Shown: piece after piece, positions 8,388 through 19,064 of the stretch
Layout of the letters: the number at the start of each line of letters is the position of its first letter
Position numbering within the stretch: position 1 is the stretch's first letter
DNA from: Thermoanaerobaculia bacterium
GTDB lineage: Bacteria > Acidobacteriota > Thermoanaerobaculia > Multivoradales > UBA5704
DNA: 64,000 bases
NCBI GenBank assembly: GCA_035544895.1
Contig: DASZZM010000039.1
Span: 61,007 to 125,006, forward strand
Reading direction: 5' to 3'
Translations under genes and position numbers: made by a program
Notes under the pieces: generated by a model
What the model was told of the DNA's origin: nothing
The model's input: the letters and a program-made list of their open reading frames with translations, nothing else
Databases searched by the model: none

Positions 8388-8583
8388 GCACCCCCTGCGT
8401 GGTTCGTGATGGTTACCACGATTGTAGAACCAACATACATCTCTCGGGAGTCTTTTACCCGCGCGGCCCGTGCCAGCCTCCATCCCACCCGGATGACGAG
8501 GACGCTAACGGCTCGTGGAGCGGACACCCACCTGGTGCGTTTCAGGTTCTAAACGCCGGCCCACACGGCCACGCGGGGGATGC
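8388..8583 (+). ncRNA. ssrS: 6S RNA (SsrS)
   Basis: About 195 nt between zapA and rny (conserved synteny). 5' GCACCCCCTGCGTGGTTCGTG can pair with 3' CACGGCCACGCGGGGGATGC as a closing stem. Boundaries approximate. Confidence 0.75.
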
Positions 8584-8658
8584 ATTTGATCCTCTCTTCC
8601 TGAGAGGCCTCTCCGATCCGACCGGTGCCCTCCTGTCGAAGGAAGCAGGGGGTACGCG

Positions 8659-10227
8659 GTGAATGATCAAGTCACACTGTTTGCAGCCGCCGCTCTGCTG
8701 GTCGGGGCCGGCGTCTTGCTCGTCTGGTTCGTGCTGCTGCGGCGGGCGGGAAAGCGCATGGCCGCGCAGGCCAAGCGGCAGGCCGGCAAGACCATCGAAG
8801 ACGCCGAGCGGCAGGCCGAGACGATCCGCCGCGAGGCCGAGGTCGCGGCGCGCGAGAAGCTTCTGCAGGCGCGCAGCGAGCACGAGGCGGCGCTGCGCAA
8901 GCGGCGGGTCGAGCTCGAGGCCCTGGAACGGCGGCTCACCCAGAAGGAGGACAACCTCGACAAGCGCGCCGACGAGGTGGCGCGCCGCGAGCGCGACCTG
9001 ACGCAGACCGACCGCGAGCTCACCGGCCGCGAAAAGGCCCTGGCCAGGCAAGAGACCGAGGTCGAGACAATCGCCGCGGAGGGGCGCGCCCGGCTCGAGC
9101 AGATCGCCGGATTGACCGCGCAGCAGGCGCGCGAAGAGCTGCTGCACGAGATGGAGGACGGAGCGCGAATCGAAGCCGCGCATATCGTCAAGCGCATCGA
9201 GGACGAAGCGCGCGAGCAGGGCGGCAAGCAAGCCCAGCGCATCATCGGGATGGCGGTGCAGCGCTCCGCCTCGGACTACGTGTCGGAGACCACCGTCTCG
9301 GTGGTGATGCTGCCGAGCGACGAGATGAAGGGGCGCATCATCGGCCGCGAAGGACGCAACATCCGCGCCCTCGAGATGGCGACCGGGGTCGATCTCATCG
9401 TCGACGATACGCCGGAGGCGGTGATCCTCTCCGGGTTCGATCCATACCGCCGCGAAGTCGCCAGGGTAGCGCTCGAGCGCCTGATCGGCGACGGCCGCAT
9501 CCATCCGGCCCGCATCGAAGAGGTGGTCGAGAAGGTCAAGGCCGAGCTCGACCAGAAGATCGTGCAGGAGGGGGAGTCGGCCCTCCTCGAGCTGGCGATC
9601 CCCGGCATGCACCCCGAGCTCATCCGGCTCCTGGGGCGCTTGCGCTACCGCACCTCCTACGGCCAGAACGTGCTGCAGCACAGCAAGGAGGTCGCCTTCC
9701 TGGCCGGCACCATGGCCGCGGAGCTCAGGGCCAACATCCAGGTCGCCCGCCGCGCCGGCCTGGTGCACGACATCGGCAAGGCCATCGACCGCGAGATGGA
9801 CGGCACCCATCTGCAAATCGGCATCGACCTGCTGCGCAAGTACGGAGAGAACGAAGACGTGGTGCACGCGATGGCCTGCCACCATGGCGACTACGACCCG
9901 CAGACGGTCGAGGCGGTTCTGGTGACCGCCGCCGACGCGCTCTCCGCGGCCCGCCCCGGGGCCCGCCGCGAGATCCTCGAGACCTATGTCAAGCGCCTGG
10001 AGAAGCTCGAAGAGATCGCCTCCGGCTTCAAGGGGGTGCAGAAGACCTTCGCCATCCAGGCCGGCCGCGAGATCCGCATCATCGTCGACAGCGGCAAGAT
10101 CAGCGACGAGCAGTCGCTCTGGCTCTCCAAAGACATCGCGCGCAAGATCGAGGCGGAGCTGACTTATCCCGGGCAGATCAAGGTGACGGTCATCCGCGAG
10201 ACCCGCTCCATCGAGTACGCGCGGTGA
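8659..10227 (+). CDS. rny: Ribonuclease Y
   Basis: N-terminal TM helix, coiled coil, KH ([17 protein letters not shown]), HD domain (GLVHDIGKA), C-terminal [12 protein letters not shown]. Confidence 0.97.
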   Translation: MNDQVTLFAAAALLVGAGVLLVWFVLLRRAGKRMAAQAKRQAGKTIEDAERQAETIRREAEVAAREKLLQARSEHEAALRKRRVELEALERRLTQKEDNLDKRADEVARRERDLTQTDRELTGREKALARQETEVETIAAEGRARLEQIAGLTAQQAREELLHEMEDGARIEAAHIVKRIEDEAREQGGKQAQRIIGMAVQRSASDYVSETTVSVVMLPSDEMKGRIIGREGRNIRALEMATGVDLIVDDTPEAVILSGFDPYRREVARVALERLIGDGRIHPARIEEVVEKVKAELDQKIVQEGESALLELAIPGMHPELIRLLGRLRYRTSYGQNVLQHSKEVAFLAGTMAAELRANIQVARRAGLVHDIGKAIDREMDGTHLQIGIDLLRKYGENEDVVHAMACHHGDYDPQTVEAVLVTAADALSAARPGARREILETYVKRLEKLEEIASGFKGVQKTFAIQAGREIRIIVDSGKISDEQSLWLSKDIARKIEAELTYPGQIKVTVIRETRSIEYAR

Positions 10228-11021
10228 AGCTGCTCTTCGTCGGCGACGTCGTCGGCAAACCCGGACGCAAGGCGCTGCTCGGATTGCTGCCGCGCCTGGT
10301 GGACCGCCACCTGGCCGACTACGTGGTGGTCAACGTCGAGAACTCGGCGGGAGGCTTCGGCGTCACGCCCGAGGTGCTCGACGAGCTGGCGGAGCTGCCC
10401 ATCGATTGCTTTACGACCGGCAATCATGTCTGGGACAAGAAGGAAGTCCTCGAGCTGCTCGAGCGCGAGCCGCGGTTGCTGCGCCCCGCCAACTACCCGG
10501 AGGGCAACCCCGGGCGGGGCCTGCACCTCGGCGAGACGGCGGCGGGGGTGCCGGTGGCGACGCTGAACCTGGAGGGGAGGGTGTTCATGCACAACCTCGA
10601 CTCGCCCTTCCTGGTCGCCGACCGGCTGCTGGCCTCTCTGCGCCCCGACGTCAAAGTGGTGCTGATCGATTTTCACGCCGAGACGACGAGCGAGAAGCAG
10701 GCCCTGGCCTTCTATCTCGACGGGCAGGTGAGCGCGGTGATCGGCACCCACACCCACGTGCCGACCGCCGACGAGCGTGTGCTGCCCCGGGGGACCGCGC
10801 TGTTGACCGACGCGGGCATGACCGGCCCTTACGAATCGATCATCGGCATGCGCGCCGACAAGGTTCTCAAGCGCTTCCTGCTGCAGACCCCCGCCAGCTT
10901 CGAGGTCGCCAAGCGCGACGTCCGCCTCGCCGCCGCCGTCGTCGACGTCGACGAGGAAACCGGCAAGGCGCGCGGCATCGAGCGCCTGCTGGTGCCGTTC
11001 GGGCACGACGAGACGGACTGA
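10224..11021 (+). CDS. ymdB: YmdB/TIGR00282 metallophosphoesterase
   Basis: [53 protein letters not shown]; overlaps the rny stop. Confidence 0.93.
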   Translation: MKLLFVGDVVGKPGRKALLGLLPRLVDRHLADYVVVNVENSAGGFGVTPEVLDELAELPIDCFTTGNHVWDKKEVLELLEREPRLLRPANYPEGNPGRGLHLGETAAGVPVATLNLEGRVFMHNLDSPFLVADRLLASLRPDVKVVLIDFHAETTSEKQALAFYLDGQVSAVIGTHTHVPTADERVLPRGTALLTDAGMTGPYESIIGMRADKVLKRFLLQTPASFEVAKRDVRLAAAVVDVDEETGKARGIERLLVPFGHDETD

Positions 11022-11031
11022 CGAAGCGCGC

Positions 11032-11595
11032 CTACTTGCCGCTTGCCTCGGGCCAGGCGACGAAATAGCCGTCGGACCACACGAGGTCGTGGTCGTGATC
11101 GGTGGGGGAGAAGGCGCCGACTTCATAGCTGTCGCCAGAGAAACTGCCGTCGGCGCCGGCGCTGCGCACCGCCATGATCTGTGTGGCTTCGAGGTTCCGG
11201 GTGTTCAGGCGGTACTCGTACGGGTGGCCCCACGGATCGTTCCGCGGCAGCGACCGGAGGTACTTGGGCACGAGCAGGGTCGCGAGATCGTCGTACGAGA
11301 TGACCGGTATCGGGCCAAGATCGACCCTGGCCGCGGCCTCGCCGGCGTGCTCGGCGTGGCCTTCACCTTTGCCCTTCGCGGATTCCTTCTGGTCCGTGTA
11401 CCACGAGAACATGGCGGTGCCGGCGTTGCGGATGTCGCCGATTGCCTTCTTGGTCTCGGGCGATCCGGTTGGCGGCTTGGCAGTCCCAGCCGCGCCAGCC
11501 GGGGTCGCCAGAGCCACCACGAGGACAATCAGCAATCCCAGGGGTGGCGCCCACCAGGCGGCGGCCAGACGGGCGTTCTTCTGTACTCTGCGCAT
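11032..11595 (-). CDS. Secreted protein with GspG/pseudopilin-like C-terminal domain
   Basis: Hydrophobic signal ending PAGA; LVPKYLRSLPRNDPWGHPYEY...VRSAGADG resembles the T2SS protein G domain; no GFTLIE prepilin motif. Confidence 0.6.
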   Translation of the reverse strand: MRRVQKNARLAAAWWAPPLGLLIVLVVALATPAGAAGTAKPPTGSPETKKAIGDIRNAGTAMFSWYTDQKESAKGKGEGHAEHAGEAAARVDLGPIPVISYDDLATLLVPKYLRSLPRNDPWGHPYEYRLNTRNLEATQIMAVRSAGADGSFSGDSYEVGAFSPTDHDHDLVWSDGYFVAWPEASGK

Positions 11596-11702
11596 CGCTT
11601 TCTCCTTATCGAGCCGCGGGACGAAGAGGTCACGCGTGGGCGATACTGTATCACTGATGTGATACAGAAGTACAGTCTGTGCCCCGCGCCTGGGTGAGAG
11701 GG

Positions 11703-12533
11703 TCAGGAAGCAGCCGAAGAGAACGGCCTGCCCCTCTCGGCGGCCCCGTCGGCGGCCCCGTCCGGCACGTCCGCCTGCCGCGCCACGGCGCCTGGCGAGC
11801 TCCAGACCTCGATCTCCGTGGACTGGCGGCGGTCGATCCAGCGGGATTGCATCCAGCGCACCGCGAGCAGGTCGGCGGTGGCGCGCCAGACGCGGTTGCG
11901 GATGTTGTACTTGGGAGCGCCGTGCAGACGCGGCCGGTGATGGACGGAGACTTCGGCGACGCGCGCCCCTTCCATGCGCAGCAGCGTGGGGAGGAAGCGG
12001 TGCATGCCCGTCCACACCGGGATGCGCGCCAGGTACTCGCGGCGGTAGGCCTTCAGCGAGCAGCCCACGTCCGTCACCGCCTCGTGCGTCACGCGGTTGC
12101 GCACTCCGTTGGCGATGCGCGATGAGATCCGCCGCAGCCAGCTGTCCCGGCGCCGCGAGCGCACGCCGCACACCACGTCATGGGTGGCCAGGTGGGCGAG
12201 CAGCCGCGGGATGTCCGCCGGGTCGTTCTGCAAGTCGGCGTCGAGGGTGACCACCGCCGCGCCGCGGGCGTGCCGGAAGCCGGCGTCGAGCGCCGCCGAC
12301 TGCCCGCTGTTGCGGGCCTGCCGCACCACCCGGATCGCCGGGTCGTGCCGCGCCAGGCCGGCCAGGACTTCCAGGCTGCCGTCGCTGCTGCCGTCGTCGA
12401 CGAAGATCACCTCATAGGCGCGCCCGAGCCCTCCCATCGCGGCGCGGATCTCCGCGGCCAGGACCGGCAGGCTCTCCTCTTCGTTGTAGACCGGGATCAC
12501 CAGCGACACTTCCGGCTGCGGCGATCCGCCCAT
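11703..12533 (-). CDS. Glycosyltransferase family 2 (polyprenol-phosphate glycosyltransferase, ArnC/Dpm1-like)
   Basis: SLVIPVYNEEE, FVDDGSSD, NSGQSAAL..GF, TLDADLQNDPADIP, HRFLP motifs. Confidence 0.9.
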   Translation of the reverse strand: MGGSPQPEVSLVIPVYNEEESLPVLAAEIRAAMGGLGRAYEVIFVDDGSSDGSLEVLAGLARHDPAIRVVRQARNSGQSAALDAGFRHARGAAVVTLDADLQNDPADIPRLLAHLATHDVVCGVRSRRRDSWLRRISSRIANGVRNRVTHEAVTDVGCSLKAYRREYLARIPVWTGMHRFLPTLLRMEGARVAEVSVHHRPRLHGAPKYNIRNRVWRATADLLAVRWMQSRWIDRRQSTEIEVWSSPGAVARQADVPDGAADGAAERGRPFSSAAS

Positions 12534-12613
12534 GCGGCTATCTTACCGTTGGAAATCGCACGCCTGCCGGCGGCGGGCCGTATGGTATGCTCCCGGGCTC
12601 GACAGGAGAGCCC

Positions 12614-12865
12614 ATGGCGGTCGATCCGGAACTGCTGGAAATCCTCGTCTGCCCCAAGAGCAAAGGGGAGCTGGAGCTCATCGAGCTGCCGCAGGAAGTG
12701 CGCGGGATGCTGGTGGAAAAGTATCGCGAGCACTTCCGGGACGAGGAGCCCGTGGTCGAGCAGGGGCTCTTCTGCGCCGTCTCCGGCCTCGTTTACCCGA
12801 TCGTCTCCGACATCCCCATCATGCTGATCGACGAGGCGCTCCCCGCCTCAGCCGTCGGACGCTGA
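12614..12865 (+). CDS. Trm112-like (YcaR family) protein
   Basis: AGGAG SD; LLEILVCP..KG.L ... C.....YPI..DIPIMLIDEA. Confidence 0.85.
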   Translation: MAVDPELLEILVCPKSKGELELIELPQEVRGMLVEKYREHFRDEEPVVEQGLFCAVSGLVYPIVSDIPIMLIDEALPASAVGR

Positions 12866-12985
12866 GGTCACGCGCCCGGCCCGGCTCACCGGCCCCTGGC
12901 GGCGCAGTCGCGGGTCTCTGCCGGTATGGCCGTTGCATCAGACCGCCGCCGGCGCTAGCGCCAAACCAGGGAGGACCGCAGAGCC

Positions 12986-13867
12986 GTGGCAGTGCGCCTT
13001 GATCAGTTGCTGGTCGAGCGCGGGTTCTTTCCCAGCCGTGAGCAGGCGCGGCGCGCGGTCATGGCCGGCACGGTCGAGGTCGAGGGACGGCGGGTGGACA
13101 AGCCGGGGACCGCGGTCGCCGCGGACGCGCGGCTGGCGGTGGCCGCCGGCCGGGAACCCTACGCGTCGCGGGCCGGGCGCAAGCTGGCGGCCGCGCTCGA
13201 TCACTTCGCCGTCGACCCGGCAGGCTGGGTGTGCCTCGACGTGGGAGCGTCCACCGGCGGCTTCACCGATTGTCTCCTGCAGAGGAGAGCGGCCCGGGTC
13301 TACGCGCTCGACGTCGGTTACGGCCAGCTCGATCAGCAGCTGCGCAACGACCCGCGCGTGGTCGTCATGGAGCGCGTCAACGCCCGCCACCTCGCCCCCG
13401 ATGCGCTGCCGGAAAGCTGCCGGCTCGCCACCGTCGACGTGTCGTTCATCTCGCTGCGCAAGATCGTTCCAGCCCTGCTGCCGCACCTCGTGCCGGGCGG
13501 ACTGCTGCTGGCACTAATCAAGCCCCAGTTCGAAGCCGGACGCGGCGCCGTGGGCAAAGGAGGCATCCTGCGCGACGAATCCCTGCGCCGGCAAGTGATC
13601 CGCGACTGTGCCGCAGCGCTCGCCCTCGTTCTTGACACGCCTCCGCGAGGAGCCGCAAATGGGCCCGGATCCAAGGCGCACGAAGGCCGGACGACCGAGG
13701 CGTACAACGAGTACGTTGAGGGCGTCCGGCCGAGTGCAACGCCGGAGACGGGTCCATTTCCGGCTCCGCAGCCGAGCCTGGAGCTCTTGGGGACTTACGA
13801 CTCCCCGGTTGCCGGCAGCGGCGGCAACCGCGAGGCCTTCGCGCTGCTGCGGCGGACCGGGCCATGA
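12986..13867 (+). CDS. tlyA: TlyA family rRNA 2'-O-methyltransferase, with an ~50-aa in-frame insertion near the C-terminus
   Basis: S4 domain [10 protein letters not shown]; YASRAGRKL; [12 protein letters not shown]; DVSFISL; LIKPQFEAG; SP..G..GNRE. Adjacent to nadK. Confidence 0.92.
   Translation: MAVRLDQLLVERGFFPSREQARRAVMAGTVEVEGRRVDKPGTAVAADARLAVAAGREPYASRAGRKLAAALDHFAVDPAGWVCLDVGASTGGFTDCLLQRRAARVYALDVGYGQLDQQLRNDPRVVVMERVNARHLAPDALPESCRLATVDVSFISLRKIVPALLPHLVPGGLLLALIKPQFEAGRGAVGKGGILRDESLRRQVIRDCAAALALVLDTPPRGAANGPGSKAHEGRTTEAYNEYVEGVRPSATPETGPFPAPQPSLELLGTYDSPVAGSGGNREAFALLRRTGP
13650..13766. repeat. Palindromic element with terminal inverted repeats inside tlyA
   Basis: Left GAGCCGCAAATGGGCCC (13650-13666); reverse complement of 13750-13766 is GAGCCGGAAATGGACCC (15/17). 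Internal GGCGTAC-AACGA-GTACGTT hairpin. Confidence 0.75.
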
Positions 13868-14754
13868 GCCGCCGGCGCAAGCTGCAACGCATCGGGGTGG
13901 TGGCCAAGGTAGGCAGCCCGGAAGCGGTCGACGCCGCCGGCGAGCTGGCCGAATGGCTGACCCGGCGCAGCGTCCAAGTCGCGCTCGATTCCGCAACCCT
14001 CGCCGCCAAGAGCTCGTCGGCCGAGACCTTCGAGCCGGGCGCCGCCTATGACCTGGTGATCGTGCTGGGGGGCGACGGCACCCTGCTGGCGGTGGCGCGC
14101 GGCCTGGGCGACGGAGTGCCGATCCTGGGCGTCAACCTGGGGAATCTCGGCTTCCTGACCGAGATCAACCGCGGCGAGCTCTACCCGGCCATGGTCCAGG
14201 TGCTGGCGGGCAAGTTCGACGTCGAGGCCAGAAAGCTCCTCGACGTCGAGCTGCGGCGGCGCGGCGACGGTCCGCTGCGCTACCGCGTGTTCAACGACGC
14301 GGTGATCACCAAGAGCGCGCTCTCCCGCATCATCGAGCTGACGCTCGAGGTCGACGGGCACCTGATCGCTCGCTACCGCTCGGACGGCCTGATCATCTCC
14401 TCGCCGACCGGCTCGACCGCCTACAACCTCTCGGCCGGAGGGCCGATCCTCAATCCGTTGCTGCCGGTGACCGTGCTGACCCCGATCTGCCCGCATGCCT
14501 TGTCGCTGCGTCCCATCGTGGTGCCAGGCGCGAGCCTCGTCGAGGTCACGCTGGAGACTCAGCGCGAGGAGGTCTTCCTCACCCTGGACGGCCAGGAGGG
14601 GACCGCCATCGGCTACCACGATACGGTCGCGGTGACGCGCAGCAGCGCGGCGATTCACCTGGTCAAGGTCAGCGAGCGCAGCTTCTATGACAGCCTGCGG
14701 GAGAAGCTTCGCTGGGGGGGCCTCCATCCTCCGCCGGAAGGAAGGACCCCCTGA
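13864..14754 (+). CDS. nadK: NAD(+) kinase
   Basis: [50 protein letters not shown] motifs. Confidence 0.95.
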   Translation: MSRRRKLQRIGVVAKVGSPEAVDAAGELAEWLTRRSVQVALDSATLAAKSSSAETFEPGAAYDLVIVLGGDGTLLAVARGLGDGVPILGVNLGNLGFLTEINRGELYPAMVQVLAGKFDVEARKLLDVELRRRGDGPLRYRVFNDAVITKSALSRIIELTLEVDGHLIARYRSDGLIISSPTGSTAYNLSAGGPILNPLLPVTVLTPICPHALSLRPIVVPGASLVEVTLETQREEVFLTLDGQEGTAIGYHDTVAVTRSSAAIHLVKVSERSFYDSLREKLRWGGLHPPPEGRTP

Positions 14755-14876
14755 GCGGCCCGAGCGAGCCGCCCCGGCCCCCTCCCTCTGCCGGCACGCC
14801 GGCGGCCGAGGAGCCCTCTCCGCCGGCGGCCGGCGGGGCCGCTGCCGGCCGTCCATCGCGGCGGCGGCCGGGAAGG

Positions 14877-17800
14877 GTGCGGCGCTGGCTGGTGCGCCCG
14901 GTCGTCTGGACGAGCTTCCTGATCGTCGTGCTGGTGGCGGGCGCGATCGGCTTCGTGCACAGCGAGTACGCGCTGCGCGAGCTTGCGGATCTGGTGCGGT
15001 CACGCCTCTCTGACGCCGTCGAACGCGAGGTGCAGCTCTCCTCGGTCGATTACGACCTGTGGACGCCGCGGCCGTCGCTCGAGCTGCACGACCTGGTCAT
15101 CCCCGGGCCGCGGCGCGGCGACCGCCCGGTGCTGCGCGCCTCGCTGGTGCGCCTCCAGGTCACCTGGACAGCGCTGCGCAGCAAGGTCTTCGACCTCGAG
15201 CAGGTCGAGATCGTCAGGCCGCAGATCTACCTGGAGCTCTACCGCGACGGCAGCAGCAACCTGCCGCGCCCCCGGCGCACCGCCAAGGCGCCGCGCTTCG
15301 AGGTGCGCATCGGGCATCTCGCGCTCGAGGACGGCGTCCTGCAGCTCAACGAGCGCCGCTCGCCGCTCGCGGTCGAGGCCCGCGCGCTGTGGGGGCGGGC
15401 GGTGGGGGTCGAGGAAACGGGCAGCAAGGAGCTGCGCCTCGACGCTCGGCTCACCACCCAGGACCTGCGGGTCACCCTGCCCAACGCGCGTCCCTACCCG
15501 TTCACGTTTTCGGCGCGCGGCAGCGTCACCGGCGGGAAAGTGACCATCGCCAGGGCCCTGCTCTCCGCCCCCGAGCTCAGCCTGGCGGCCAGCGGCGCGA
15601 TCGGCTGGGGCAAACAAAACCAGGTGGAGCTCGCGGTCAACGGCACGGCCGCGGCCCGCTGGGTCAACGACGTCGGCTTCATGGCCGAGCCGATCGACGG
15701 TCCGGCTTCGTTCGCCGGGCGCTTCGAGCTGCGCGGTGGCGACTGGCGCTACTGGGGCACGCTGGAGTCGCCCCGCGTCGCCGTCTTGCGGCGGCAGTTC
15801 CTCGATCTCGCGGGCGACTTCGCGGGCGACTCGCGGCGCCTCACCGTCGGCCTGCGGCGGGCGCGCTATGCCGACGGCGACATCACCGGCCGGGTGGTGA
15901 TCGAGACCGGCGCGGCACCCGGCCCGCGCGGCGGCCGGCCGGTCGAGCTCGATCTCCTGGTGCGCGGCCTGGCGCTGCAGCCTTTCCTCGCCGATCTGTT
16001 TCCGCGCCAGTTCGCCGGTCCGGGAGGGCCGGTGGTCGAGCTCTCGGGGCGGGCAAGCGGCCGCGTCCGCTACCGCTTCCCGAGCGCCGAGTGGCGGCTC
16101 GGCGCCGGTACTGCCGGCCTGCGGCTCGAAGGGGGTGCGGCGGCGTTGCCCGGCCGCCCGGGCCTGGCGGTGGGAGGCGAGCTGCCGCTCGCCCTCGCCC
16201 AGGGCGTGCTGACCGCCGGCGACGTCGTGCTGACCGCGCCCGGCCAGCAGGCCACTGTCAGCGCTTTCCGCTACGACTTGCTGCGCGACGCGGGGCGCCT
16301 CGACTACCGGCTGACGAGCGGTGACACCGGCGGGCTCATCCCGCTGTTCCCGCCGGTGCGGCCCAAGCCGGGCGCGCCGCCGCCGGTCCAGGCCTCGCCC
16401 GTCTGGCTGCCCACCGCCGGCCACGGCACGGCCTCCGGCGCCGTGACCATCACCCCCACCGGCTATTCGGCGCGCATGGACCTCGACCTGCGGCAGGTGG
16501 CGAGCCCCGCCCTGGGCTCGGCCGACCGCCTGCACGGCGGCCTCACCATCGAGCCGCTGGCCATCGAGGGCCTGCGCCTGGAAGCGAGCGCCGGCGGAGG
16601 CGCCTTGCTGGTGACCGGCAGGATCCCGCTGGCGCGCGCAGGGCGCGCCGAGCCCGACGAGCCGATCCAGCTCGGGATCGATGCTTCCGACTGGCCCGCG
16701 GCCGGGCTTGCCCCCTATCTGCCGGCCGGGTTTCCGGTGGCTGGCGTGCCGGGCAGCGACCCGGCGCATGCCGTCGAGCTGCGCGGCGCGGTCTCCGGCC
16801 GGCTGGACCTTGGCGGCAATTTCGAGCGGCTCACCGGCCGCGGCGACGTCGATGCCAGCGGAGTCGTCGTCTCAGGAGTCCAGCTCGGGCGGGTGCGCGG
16901 CGAGCTGGCTTTCGACCCTGGCCGCTTCACGGTCGAAGGCGGCCTGATCGACAGCCCCGCCGGCAAGGCCGTGGTGCGCGGGACCTTCGAGCGGGCGAGC
17001 GGGGTGGTCGACGCGACCATCGACGCGCCTTCCCTCTCGCTTGCCGCCGAGCCGTTGCGCGGCGCCTCGAGCGGCACCGGTCTGACCGGCCGCATCGCCC
17101 TGATGGCGGCGGCGAGCGGCACCCTGGACCGGCCGCGGGCAATGCTCACCCTGCGCGGGCAGGGGCTGGCGGTCAACGGCCGCCCGCTGGCCGGCGCCGT
17201 GCGCGGCGCAGCGCCGTCAGGCGCATCCAATCAATCGCCGGCAGGCGCATCCAGTCAATTGCCTCCAGGCGCGTCATCTAGTCAATCGCCCTCAGGCGCG
17301 CCCTCGCCATCCAGCCCCCAGCCGTCCGGCGAGGCCCAGGTGACGGTCTCCTTGAGCGATGGGACACTGCGCGCCAGCGGGGCGCTGGCCGGCCTGCTGT
17401 CCTTCGAGGGTGGCGGCAGGCTCGACCGCCGGCGCGGCGGCATCACGCTCGACGTGCGCAGCAACGATCTCGGCGGGCTCCTCCGCCTCGCCGCCACGCC
17501 CCAGATGCCGGATCTCACCGGCTCGTTCGCCGGTTCGCTGGTCGTCGACGCCGATCTGGCGGCGGGGACCTACGGCGGAGAGCTGCGCCTGGCCGATCTG
17601 CGGGCCGAGTACGCGGGCAGGAAGATCGCCAACCGCGAGCCCGTCGTGGCCAGCTTCTCTTCTGCGCGCCTGGTGATCCGCTCTTTCTACCTGGGCGAAA
17701 CGGGCGCCGACACCGAGCTCTTCGTTTCCGGCAGCATCGGCCTCGGTTCCGGCCAACCGCTCGACCTGCGGCTGCAGAGCACGATCTCGGCCTCGTGGGC

Positions 17801-19064
17801 GAGGCTCGCCGTCCCCAATCTCGATCTGACCGGCGCGGTCGACGTGCTGGCGACCCTGCGCGGCACTCTCGCCGAGCCCTTGCTCAACGGGCAAGCGGGC
17901 TTGCACGGCGCCCGGCTGATCGTGCCCGGCCTGCCCAATGCCATCGAGGACATCGACGGCACGGTCCTGCTCTACCGCGACCGCCTGGTCATGGACGGCC
18001 TGCGCGCGCGCCTGGGCGGCGGCACGCTGCGGGTCTCGGGCCAGCTGACCTTGCCCGCGCAGGGACGGGCGCTGGCCTATCGCGCCGAGCTGTCGGCCCA
18101 GGACGTCAGCGTGCGCTTCCCCGAGGGATGGGTGAGCCGCGGCGACGCCCAGATCTCGCTCGCCGAGAGCGGCTCCGGACGCCAGGTGCAGGGCCTGATC
18201 ACCTTGAGCCGCGCGCTCTACGTCGAAAAGGTCGAGGTCGACGCGCTGCAGCTCCTCTTGCGCGGGCTGCACCGGGAGCGCCTGCGGGTGGCCGCCACCA
18301 CCGGAGCGCTGGCGACCACGCAGCTCAACCTGGCGATCAACGGACCCGGCGCCCTGCGTGTCCGCAACAACGTGGCTGACGTGCACGGCGACATCGAGCT
18401 GACCGTGGTCGGCACCCTGGCCTCGCCGGTGCTCTTCGGCTTCATCCAGCTCGAGCCAGGCGGCTCGCTGGTCTATGCCGACACCAAGTACTCGATCGAG
18501 CGCGGCACTTTGACCTTCGCCAACCCCAACCGCATCGACCCGGTCATCGATCTCGGCCTGAAGACCCAGGTGCAGAGCTACGACATCGCCCTGAATCTGT
18601 CGGGCACCGTCGATCGGCTCAACGCCAAGTTCGCTTCCAGCGGCGACCTTGCCGATCTCGACATCCTGGCCCTGCTGGCGACCGGCCAGCGCCCCGAGAC
18701 CCGCCCGCCGCCTCCCCCCGGCTCGCCGGAGCGCGAGATCGCCGGCCAGACGGCGGCGGCCGGCTTCCTGGCGGGCCAGGCGTCTTCGGCCCTGTCGGCG
18801 CGCGTCGGCAGGCTCTTCGGCCTGGACCGCCTGCGGATCGACACGACGTCGCTCTCGGCAGCCGGCCAGCCGACCTCCGGCGTCGTGATCATCGCCGGCA
18901 AGCGCCTGTCGAAGAACGTCTTCGTCACCTATGTGAGCACGCCCAACAACCCTCACCAGGACGTACGGCAGATCGAGTGGCAAGCGGCCAGGAGCCTGAA
19001 GGTATTGCTCACCCAGAGCGCCGGGAGCTACGCCGTCGACTTCCAGCTGGAGAGGCGTTTTTGA
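14877..19064 (+). CDS. tamB: TamB/AsmA-like translocation and assembly module protein
   Basis: 1395 aa, N-terminal TM anchor, beta-taco-like repeats, C-terminal DUF490-like region (GTL.F.NP..IDP.IDL; FGLDRLRID; GKRLSKNV.VTY). Precedes an Omp85 gene. Confidence 0.8.
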   Translation: MRRWLVRPVVWTSFLIVVLVAGAIGFVHSEYALRELADLVRSRLSDAVEREVQLSSVDYDLWTPRPSLELHDLVIPGPRRGDRPVLRASLVRLQVTWTALRSKVFDLEQVEIVRPQIYLELYRDGSSNLPRPRRTAKAPRFEVRIGHLALEDGVLQLNERRSPLAVEARALWGRAVGVEETGSKELRLDARLTTQDLRVTLPNARPYPFTFSARGSVTGGKVTIARALLSAPELSLAASGAIGWGKQNQVELAVNGTAAARWVNDVGFMAEPIDGPASFAGRFELRGGDWRYWGTLESPRVAVLRRQFLDLAGDFAGDSRRLTVGLRRARYADGDITGRVVIETGAAPGPRGGRPVELDLLVRGLALQPFLADLFPRQFAGPGGPVVELSGRASGRVRYRFPSAEWRLGAGTAGLRLEGGAAALPGRPGLAVGGELPLALAQGVLTAGDVVLTAPGQQATVSAFRYDLLRDAGRLDYRLTSGDTGGLIPLFPPVRPKPGAPPPVQASPVWLPTAGHGTASGAVTITPTGYSARMDLDLRQVASPALGSADRLHGGLTIEPLAIEGLRLEASAGGGALLVTGRIPLARAGRAEPDEPIQLGIDASDWPAAGLAPYLPAGFPVAGVPGSDPAHAVELRGAVSGRLDLGGNFERLTGRGDVDASGVVVSGVQLGRVRGELAFDPGRFTVEGGLIDSPAGKAVVRGTFERASGVVDATIDAPSLSLAAEPLRGASSGTGLTGRIALMAAASGTLDRPRAMLTLRGQGLAVNGRPLAGAVRGAAPSGASNQSPAGASSQLPPGASSSQSPSGAPSPSSPQPSGEAQVTVSLSDGTLRASGALAGLLSFEGGGRLDRRRGGITLDVRSNDLGGLLRLAATPQMPDLTGSFAGSLVVDADLAAGTYGGELRLADLRAEYAGRKIANREPVVASFSSARLVIRSFYLGETGADTELFVSGSIGLGSGQPLDLRLQSTISASWARLAVPNLDLTGAVDVLATLRGTLAEPLLNGQAGLHGARLIVPGLPNAIEDIDGTVLLYRDRLVMDGLRARLGGGTLRVSGQLTLPAQGRALAYRAELSAQDVSVRFPEGWVSRGDAQISLAESGSGRQVQGLITLSRALYVEKVEVDALQLLLRGLHRERLRVAATTGALATTQLNLAINGPGALRVRNNVADVHGDIELTVVGTLASPVLFGFIQLEPGGSLVYADTKYSIERGTLTFANPNRIDPVIDLGLKTQVQSYDIALNLSGTVDRLNAKFASSGDLADLDILALLATGQRPETRPPPPPGSPEREIAGQTAAAGFLAGQASSALSARVGRLFGLDRLRIDTTSLSAAGQPTSGVVIIAGKRLSKNVFVTYVSTPNNPHQDVRQIEWQAARSLKVLLTQSAGSYAVDFQLERRF
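17218..17310 (+). repeat. Degenerate 24-27 bp tandem repeat encoding a Ser/Pro/Gly linker in tamB
   Basis: CAGGCGC-initiated units at 17218, 17242, 17266 and 17293. Confidence 0.7.

Noticed and set aside
12614-12865. Longer-than-usual loop in the Trm112-like protein
   Set aside because: Loop-length variation is common in this family; no repeat or palindrome seen in the DNA.
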